Of a stretch of DNA of 64,000 bases, positions 57,514 through 64,000 are shown piece by piece. Origin of the DNA: an uncultured Planctomycetota bacterium (GTDB lineage Bacteria > Planctomycetota > Planctomycetia > Isosphaerales > Isosphaeraceae); contig CAWJTV010000011.1 in NCBI GenBank assembly GCA_963845755.1, positions 1,152,001 to 1,216,000 on the forward strand. Reading direction: 5' to 3'. The translations under genes and the position numbers were made by a program. How positions within the stretch are numbered: position 1 is the first letter of the stretch; each line of letters opens with the position of its first letter. The notes beneath the pieces are model-generated. The model was not told the origin of the DNA and made no database searches. It saw nothing but the letters and a program-made list of their open reading frames with translations.

Positions 57514-58451
57514 GAGCGCCTAAATGAACCCAGCCAATCGGTGTACTCTAAGTTACCCCGTACCGCTCAAGGAACCGGAACGTGATGAGGATCTGGGCCA
57601 GATTGCTGAGCCCTTGGTGGATGTCACCGCGACGATCATAACGCACACGCAGGCGGCGAAACTGGTGAAACCAACTGAGGGTTCGCTCAACCACCCAGCG
57701 ATACACACCCAGGCCACTCCCGTGGGGCGTCCGCCGCTTGGCCAACTCCGGGTCGATCCCCCGGTCGCGCAACTCCTGCCGTTGCTCTTCGTCGTCAAAA
57801 CCCCGGTCGCCCATCGCATGGTCCGGTCGTTGGCGGGGGTGGCCCGGCTGGCCGGCGATGGGGGGAACGGCATCCACCAACGGCACGGTCAAGTTGGCAT
57901 CCGGCGTGTTCGCCGGGATCGTATCGGTGACCAAGGGCACGCCTTGGCCGTCGGTGACGATGGCGTGTTTGCTCCCCAATTTCGAGCGATCGACGGGGCT
58001 GGGGCCGGTTTCTTCACCCCCACCCACGGCGCGGACGTGACCCGTGTCCACGATGAACCGCTCGAAGTCGATCCCGTCGGCCTGACGGAGGTGGGCCAAC
58101 AAGATCGGGTGGATCTGGTCCCAGATGCCGGCGGCCTGCCAGTCGCGCAAGCGATTCCAACCGGTCATGCCGCAGCCACAGCCCATCTCCTGGGGCAAGT
58201 CCTCCCAAGGCAGGCCGGTCTTGAGGATGAAGATGATCCCGGTGAGGACTTTGCGATCGTCCAGCGGGGGACGTCCGCCTTTGGGCCCAGGGGGATGAGG
58301 CGGGATCAGGGGTTGGATCAAGTCCCAGAGTTTGTCCGGGAGCAAAGGCTTGGCCATGATGAGACCCTTTCCGACAGGCCAAAGGGGTAGTGGACTCCTC
58401 TCAAGATTGAGAGCAATTGACGGGCCGATTACTGGGTTTTTTTAGGGTCTC
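57514..58451 (-). mobile_element. complete IS5-family element (IS427-like), 938 bp
   Basis: Imperfect TIRs GAGCGCCTAAATGAACCCAG / GAGACCCTAAAAAAACCCAG; flanked by TA; encloses the transposase gene. Confidence 0.88.
57548..58357 (-). CDS. IS5-family transposase
   Basis: LWDLIQPLIP...GGRP..DDR.VL.GI..IL.TG.PW..LP; VD, TDGQG.PL, GDRGFD, RWVVERT.SW...RRL..RY. Confidence 0.95.
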   Translation of the reverse strand: MAKPLLPDKLWDLIQPLIPPHPPGPKGGRPPLDDRKVLTGIIFILKTGLPWEDLPQEMGCGCGMTGWNRLRDWQAAGIWDQIHPILLAHLRQADGIDFERFIVDTGHVRAVGGGEETGPSPVDRSKLGSKHAIVTDGQGVPLVTDTIPANTPDANLTVPLVDAVPPIAGQPGHPRQRPDHAMGDRGFDDEEQRQELRDRGIDPELAKRRTPHGSGLGVYRWVVERTLSWFHQFRRLRVRYDRRGDIHQGLSNLAQILITFRFLERYGVT

Positions 58452-58454
58452 TAA

Positions 58455-58574
58455 GAGTCTGTCCCAGACGGGCGAGCGGGGGGCGTCAGCCCCCTGTCCG
58501 GTGAGCGACGGACCTCCAAGACAGGGGGCTGACGCCCCCCGCTCGCCCGGACCGGCCCCTTCTGGGACAGACTC
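58455..58574. mobile_element. 120-bp MITE-like element enclosing a REP-like hairpin
   Basis: Perfect 14-bp TIR GAGTCTGTCCCAGA/TCTGGGACAGACTC; internal inverted repeat GGGCGAGCGGGGGGCGTCAGCCCCCTGT/ACAGGGGGCTGACGCCCCCCGCTCGCCC. Confidence 0.75.
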
Positions 58575-58690
58575 GTAATCCTGCCTGTCTCAGAAGGCCG
58601 GCCGCGGCGTGGGCGCGACGGGTCGGGCGGCGGGAAGAGACCCAATGGCGACCCTGTTGACAGTCGGCGTATCCGTGACTCTCGCGAGCA

Positions 58691-60304
58691 TCAACTCCGC
58701 TGCGGGTCCTCCCCCAGGATTTCCGTTGCGGCGTTGCGGCCGTTGATCGCGATGACGCTCCCTCCCGGATGGGTACAGGCCCCGCAGAGGAAGACGCCGG
58801 GCATGGGCGTCCGCGGTTGAAGCCGTTGGTCCCACATGTAAGGAGGCAGGCATTCGCCCTGAAAGATGTGGCCGCCGGATAGTCCGACCTCGCGCTCGAT
58901 GTCGGGAGGGCCGAGGACCTGCACGTCGATGACGGCGCGGGGCAGGTTGTCGCAGAATCGGGCGATCGAACGCAGGGCCAGGTCCTTGACCTCCTCGCGG
59001 CGGCCCTCCCAATCGCCGCGGGCGAACGTATGCGGCACGTACTGGGCGAACACGCTCATGCTGTGCGCGCCCTCCGGCGCGACGCTCGGGTCGTGGGCCG
59101 TGTGGAAATAGAGTTCGCTCCAGAGCCGATCCGGCAATTCGCCGGCCCGTGCCGCCCGATAGCCGGCCCGCCATTCCTCCTTGCTCAGCGGTGTATTGAT
59201 CTGACCCAGGTGATGGGGCATCCGCGTGCCCGGTCGCGCGGTAAAGCTGGGCAGCTCACGCAGGGCGATGTTCACCTTGACCGTGCATCCCACCTGGGGG
59301 ACCGCCTCGACGCGGGCGCGCCAGGCGGGGTCGGCGGCTTCGCCCAGGAGCCGGAGGGTCGTGCGTGGATCGGCGTTGGAGACCACGCACGGTGCCTCGA
59401 TCCGCTCGCCCCCCTCCAGCTCGACGCCCTTTCCCGGCACGATCCGGGCCACAGGCGTCCCGGTGAGCACGACCGCGCCGGCGTCCCGGGCGATGTCGCA
59501 GAGGATGAACGAGACCATCCCCATCCCGCCTTCGACGTAGCCCCAGGTCCCCGGCACGCCCCCGAGTCGGCCCGATTGATGATGGAAATGGATCGACGCG
59601 GTTCCCGGGTCGTGCGGGCTCGCGAACGTGCCGATCACCCCCTGGCCGAGGTAGGCCATCTGGAGCCGTTCGTCTTCGAAGTAATGCTCGACGAACTCGA
59701 CCATGGACCAGTCGAAGAGCACGCGACGCGCCTCGGTGTCGTTGCCCAGCCGACGCTCGATCTCGGCGCGGGAGGGGGCCCGTCCGATCCAGAGATCCTC
59801 GGCGCCGGCCGGGCGTAACGCGTCGCGCAGCCTCCCCTTCACCCCGCTGAACGCACGCCATCCATCCACGTCCCCCGGCGCCAGCCCCCGGATCTCCTCC
59901 TCGCAACGCGCGTCGTCATCCCAGAGCTGGACGCTCGTCCCATCCTCGAACGGTACGAAAAGTCCGGCTTGGGCCGGAGTCCAACGGAACCCGTAATCGA
60001 CCATCTCCAGCTCGTCGATCACCAGCGGGTGGAGCAGCCCGACCAGATAGGCACACGGCGAGATCCTATATCCCGGCCAGGTCTCCCGGAGCGTGCAGGC
60101 ACCCCCCACCTGTTGCCGGGCTTCCAGCACCAGCACCCGCCGGCCCGCCCGCGCCAGGTAGGCCGCGCACGTCAGGCCGTTGTGACCCGCCCCGACGACG
60201 ATCGCATCCCACGAAGCCGCCGTCAACTCCCGCAACCGGGCCGGCGCATCCACGAACCCCAACGTCGCCGTCGCCGATCGATGGCCGCCTCGTGTCGTTA
60301 TCAT
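58691..60304 (-). CDS. phytoene dehydrogenase-like FAD-dependent oxidoreductase
   Basis: DAIVVGAGHNGLTCAAYLA, LEAR..VGGA, YVEGGMG, GGHIFQGE, LCGACTHPGGSV. Confidence 0.92.
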   Translation of the reverse strand: MITTRGGHRSATATLGFVDAPARLRELTAASWDAIVVGAGHNGLTCAAYLARAGRRVLVLEARQQVGGACTLRETWPGYRISPCAYLVGLLHPLVIDELEMVDYGFRWTPAQAGLFVPFEDGTSVQLWDDDARCEEEIRGLAPGDVDGWRAFSGVKGRLRDALRPAGAEDLWIGRAPSRAEIERRLGNDTEARRVLFDWSMVEFVEHYFEDERLQMAYLGQGVIGTFASPHDPGTASIHFHHQSGRLGGVPGTWGYVEGGMGMVSFILCDIARDAGAVVLTGTPVARIVPGKGVELEGGERIEAPCVVSNADPRTTLRLLGEAADPAWRARVEAVPQVGCTVKVNIALRELPSFTARPGTRMPHHLGQINTPLSKEEWRAGYRAARAGELPDRLWSELYFHTAHDPSVAPEGAHSMSVFAQYVPHTFARGDWEGRREEVKDLALRSIARFCDNLPRAVIDVQVLGPPDIEREVGLSGGHIFQGECLPPYMWDQRLQPRTPMPGVFLCGACTHPGGSVIAINGRNAATEILGEDPQRS

Positions 60305-60547
60305 CGGTATTATCCTCTCATTTTGACCGCGGTATCTGATCAAAAGTATAGATAAAATGGCAAAAAACTGTTCGATTGGCCACGGCCCCCTTGCTGGGAA
60401 CAAACGAACATGGTATTCCAACGAGCAGCAAGGCGCGAAGCTCGGACCGGGCCCGATCCCTCGCGGGCCACCGTCGTGTTGTAAACTGGGAGTGGCGGAT
60501 CGAGCAACGGTCGGGTGGTGGGGCGTGCGCGGGAAAGGCGGCGTGCG

Positions 60548-61596
60548 ATGGCGAGGACCGGGTTGGTGGTCATCAAGCTCTCGGACTTGGTCGACGGCCA
60601 GGAGGCGACGTGCTTCGCGGCCCTGGTGAAGAAGACGCGGGCGTTCACGCGGGCGAACCAGCCCTATACCAAGTGCCTGTTCCGGGACAAGCGCGTCAAG
60701 CTGGAGGCGATGATCTGGGCCGACCATCCGCTGCTGCCGGAATCGGAGACCTGGATCGAAGGAAACCCGTATCGCCTTCAGATCCGCGGCAAGTACGACC
60801 TGCGCTATGGCATGCAGATCGAGCTGTCGGCGATCCGGCCCGCCACGGACAACGATGCACGCGACGGCTTCGACTTCGCCGACCTCTACGAAAGCAGCAA
60901 GTATCCGGCGGATGACCTCTTCAAGAAGGTGACCGACCTGATCCAGCGCAACATCGATCAGCCGGAGTTACGTCGCCTGGTCGAGACGATTCTGCACGAG
61001 CATGAGCCCCTGTTCAAGAAGATGCCCGCGGCCCAGGGCATCCATCATACGTACACGGGCGGGCTGCTCGAGCACGTCTGGAGCATGACCCGCATCGCCA
61101 GCTTCCTGGCGGAGCACTACGCCAAGTATTACGACCAGTTGAATCCCCCCTTCAATCGGGGCGTGGTGATCGCGGCCACGATCCTGCATGACATCGGCAA
61201 GCTGCGCGAACTGGAGTATCACCCGGTCGAGGCCAAATACACCACGGAAGGTTGCCTGATCGGTCACATCCTGATGGGGCGAGACATGATCCGGGAGGCC
61301 GCCGGCAAGATCGACGGCTTTCCGGAAGAGACGCTGATGCTCCTGGAACATGCGATCCTGCGCATCACGGCAAGCGGGAGTTCGGCTCGCCCGTGCTGCC
61401 CCAGACCATGGAAGCCCTGCTCGTCTCGTACATCGATGAGCTGGATGCGAAGATGAATTCGGTGGCCCGTGAGCGCATGGCCAGCCAGACCGCCGACGCC
61501 TTCACCGAACGGATCTTCGCGCTGGAGAACCGCCGGTTCTACAAGGGCATCCCGGAAGCGATGCCCCCCGGCTCCGCGCCACCGCCCTTGATCTAA
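60548..61596 (+). CDS. YhaM-family 3'-5' exoribonuclease (OB + HD; frameshift near 61360)
   Basis: N-terminal OB fold; PAAQGIHHTYTGGLLEH, LHDIGK, LIGHI, restored AHHGKREFGSPVLP.T.EA...IDELDAKM. Confidence 0.9.
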
Positions 61597-61820
61597 ACTC
61601 GACGTGATGCACGAGTGGGTGGATTGTCTCGTGCCGAGACTTGCTCCCGCGCGGGTTGCGGTGCTGGGCCCCGCTATGCCTCCGGTGCGGGATCCACCGC
61701 CGACTTGGCATGGCCGCTCGATCGGGGTTAGAATTGCGGTCGAATTCCCGTTAGCGGCGCTTTCGTCGGCGCCGTCGCGAGTCCCATCGATTTGGCCCCA
61801 TTCGAGATGAGAAACACCCG

Positions 61821-62330
61821 ATGAAAGCGATCCATCGTATGGCGTTGGCGGCTTTGATGCTCGGTATCACGATTGGTTGTGCGGGCGAGGAGAACGCCGC
61901 CCCACCCGCAAATCCGGCGATGCCGACAGGCGGCGCGAAGCCGGCTCCCCCCGTGCCTCCGGGACCGGCCAAGGAGACACCGTCGAAGGACATGACCCCG
62001 CCGCCTCCCCCCGCGGATACCAAGAAGCCGGCGGCCGACGGGCCGAAGATGGAAGGTCCCAAGACGGGCAAGGCCGAGGCGCCGGCCGCCAAGTTGTCCG
62101 ACGAAGAGTTGGCCGCGATCAAGATGCTTCCCGCCGCGGAACAGGATGTGGCGATCAAGCAGGCCATCTGCCCGGTGAGTCAGCATCACCTCGGCTCGAT
62201 GGAAAAGCCGGTCAAGGTGACCGCCGAAGGCCGGACGTTCTACCTCTGCTGCGATACTTGCCAGGATGACTTGAAGGCTGATCCCAAGGGGATCATCGCC
62301 AAGCTGGACGCCCAGGCCGCCAAGAAGTGA
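61821..62330 (+). CDS. lipoprotein with Pro-rich linker and YHS/TRASH-like Cys domain
   Basis: Lipobox TIGC; CPVS...LGSMEKPVKV...FYLCCDTC. Confidence 0.85.
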   Translation: MKAIHRMALAALMLGITIGCAGEENAAPPANPAMPTGGAKPAPPVPPGPAKETPSKDMTPPPPPADTKKPAADGPKMEGPKTGKAEAPAAKLSDEELAAIKMLPAAEQDVAIKQAICPVSQHHLGSMEKPVKVTAEGRTFYLCCDTCQDDLKADPKGIIAKLDAQAAKK

Positions 62331-63040
62331 GCCCTGGCCCCTGGATCGGGCCGTGGGGACCGCCCCGAACATCGGACGGCGCATCGCGTTGTCGGTGTGA
62401 CCATGGTCGTGAGACCGTGGTTCGGATGGGGAACCCCCAACCGCGGCACGTCAGTGCGATCGGGCGGCTCGGGCCGACGTTCGAGTTTGGAGGATGTTGG
62501 TCCCGTCCGAGCCACGCGCTGACCTGCGTGGTCGCGGCGGGCCGCTCCCTGGGGCGGGGATCGTTACGAGTGGCCCGTCCCCTCTGGCATCGATCCACAG
62601 GTCGTTATTTTTTGTGCCTCCCCGCCCCCTGGGGACTGGCGGCGCCGGCACGGCGTCGTTATACTGCTTCCTCAAGCGAGATTGAGTCTTTGAAACCGTG
62701 CGCCGATGTCGCGCGGTTTCCGTCGGCAAGTTCAGGATCGGCGTCTCTCCCGCGCTGATGCAGACGGACCGAGCCCGCCCGCTGGGATCATGAGTGAACG
62801 GACCAACGCCAGGGACGAACCACCCAAGACTTCGCAGCAGGTCGGTGCCGTGTTCCGCTTGCAAGCCACGTTCACTCGATAACGATCCCACCGAATCCGC
62901 ACGCCTGGCGGTCTCTTTCCGGAGCTGAGGTCGGCGCGTTCGGGGGGTCTCGAACGGGTGGACCGGATTTCCGGATCGACCGGCGCCCCTGGCTATATCA
63001 TGCTCGAAACTCATCCTGATCTGTCTGATGGAGGACTGTC

Positions 63041-64000
63041 ATGCAAGAAACCCGCGCCCGTGATGCCGCCATGAACGCGATCGCCTCCTGGCCGATCAAC
63101 AACCGGCGCGCCCCCCGGTTGACCATGTCGATCCGGCAGCTCTTTGGTATCAACGTCTTCTCCGATGAAGTCATGAAGGCGAGACTCCCGGAGAACGTGT
63201 ACAAGGGGCTGCGGAACACGATCAAGAAGGGTGCGCCGCTGGACGCGTCGATCGCCGACGTCGTCGCCGCGACCATGCGGGAGTGGGCGATGGAGCGGGG
63301 GGCGACCCACTTCACCCACTGGTTCCAACCGATGACGGGGCTGACCGCCGAGAAGCACGACTCGTTCCTGGCCCCGACCGAGACGGGCTCGGCGGTCGCC
63401 GAATTCAGCGGCAAGGAGCTGGTCCGGGGCGAGCCCGATGCCTCGAGCTTCCCCTCCGGCGGCATCCGCACGACCTTCGAGGCCCGGGGCTACACGGCCT
63501 GGGACCCGACGAGTCCCGCCTTCATTCTCGAGAACCCCAACGGCACGACCCTGTGCATACCCACCGCCTTCTGTTCCTGGACCGGCGAGGCCCTCGACAA
63601 GAAGACCCCGCTGCTCCGCTCGATGGAGGCCCTTTCCAAGCAGGCGCTGCGGATCCTCAAGCTGTTCGGCTCGGATGCCACCCGCGTCTTCAGCACCGCG
63701 GGACCGGAGCAGGAGTACTTCCTCATCGACAAGCACTTCTACTTCGCACGGCCCGACCTGATCAACGCCGGGCGGACCCTCTTCGGCGCCAAGCCGCCCA
63801 AGGGCCAGGAGATGGAGGACCATTACTTCGGCGCGATCCCCGAGCGGGTCCTGGCCTGCATGTTCGAGTCCGAGACCGAGCTCTACAAGCTCGGGGTGCC
63901 GGTCAAGACGCGTCATAACGAAGTGTCCCCCGCGCAGTACGAGATCGCGGTCACCTTCAACAACGCCAACGTCGCCACCGACCACAACATGCTGGTGATG
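63041..64000 (+). CDS. glutamine synthetase type III, runs off the window (absent from the ORF track)
   Basis: GGAGG + [90 protein letters not shown]. Confidence 0.96.
   Translation, partial: MQETRARDAAMNAIASWPINNRRAPRLTMSIRQLFGINVFSDEVMKARLPENVYKGLRNTIKKGAPLDASIADVVAATMREWAMERGATHFTHWFQPMTGLTAEKHDSFLAPTETGSAVAEFSGKELVRGEPDASSFPSGGIRTTFEARGYTAWDPTSPAFILENPNGTTLCIPTAFCSWTGEALDKKTPLLRSMEALSKQALRILKLFGSDATRVFSTAGPEQEYFLIDKHFYFARPDLINAGRTLFGAKPPKGQEMEDHYFGAIPERVLACMFESETELYKLGVPVKTRHNEVSPAQYEIAVTFNNANVATDHNMLVM

Noticed and set aside
60305..60727. N-terminal extension of the 678-aa oxidoreductase ORF
   Set aside because: It overlaps the divergent YhaM-like gene, and recognisable homology starts only after the ATG at 60304.
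62465..62500. tRNA suggested by GTTCGAG
   Set aside because: No T-stem pairing or cloverleaf could be formed.
62865..62940. glnA (glutamine) riboswitch
   Set aside because: CGTTCA is present, but the GGAAGTA and GAAGGAACG elements I would expect are absent.
62998..63985. Minus-strand and off-frame ORFs at the window end
   Set aside because: They are shadows of the GSIII frame starting at 63041.

Overview
High-GC bacterial DNA whose gene families point to a planctomycete, probably Isosphaeraceae-like (inference from the PVC-type CxxCH protein, DUF1559, ECF-WD40 sigma factor, LEPR-XLL-type N-termini and TPR kinases). Many long genes are split by single-base frameshifts, most likely long-read assembly errors, so CDS calls are joined across ORF-track pieces. 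From left to right the window holds: a TPR/SPINDLY-family glycosyltransferase; a kinase/degenerate-cyclase/ATPase/TPR protein; a decayed mobile patch (IS3 end, a DUF1016 remnant split by an IS66 fragment, a G1 glutamic peptidase, an integrase remnant, an orphan clpX); two CRTAC1/ASPIC proteins and a CxxCH heme protein; a four-gene cluster (nucleotidyltransferase, metallophosphoesterase, ferritin-like, HAD-P-loop fusion) with sigma54-like sites and mirror-image leaders; two TPR kinases; redoxin, YHS and glycosylation genes; an ~11 kb block of six LEPR-XLL-type putative exported proteins around an ECF-WD40 sigma factor with a shared candidate promoter; DUF1559 and PEP-CTERM genes; an IS5 abutting a MITE-like element; an FAD oxidoreductase, a YhaM-like gene, a lipoprotein and the 5' part of glutamine synthetase III. 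No rRNA, tRNA or CRISPR array was seen. The two best candidates for undescribed systems are the 21.3-25.8 kb sigma54-like cluster and the 45.7-57.1 kb ECF/LEPR-XLL locus.
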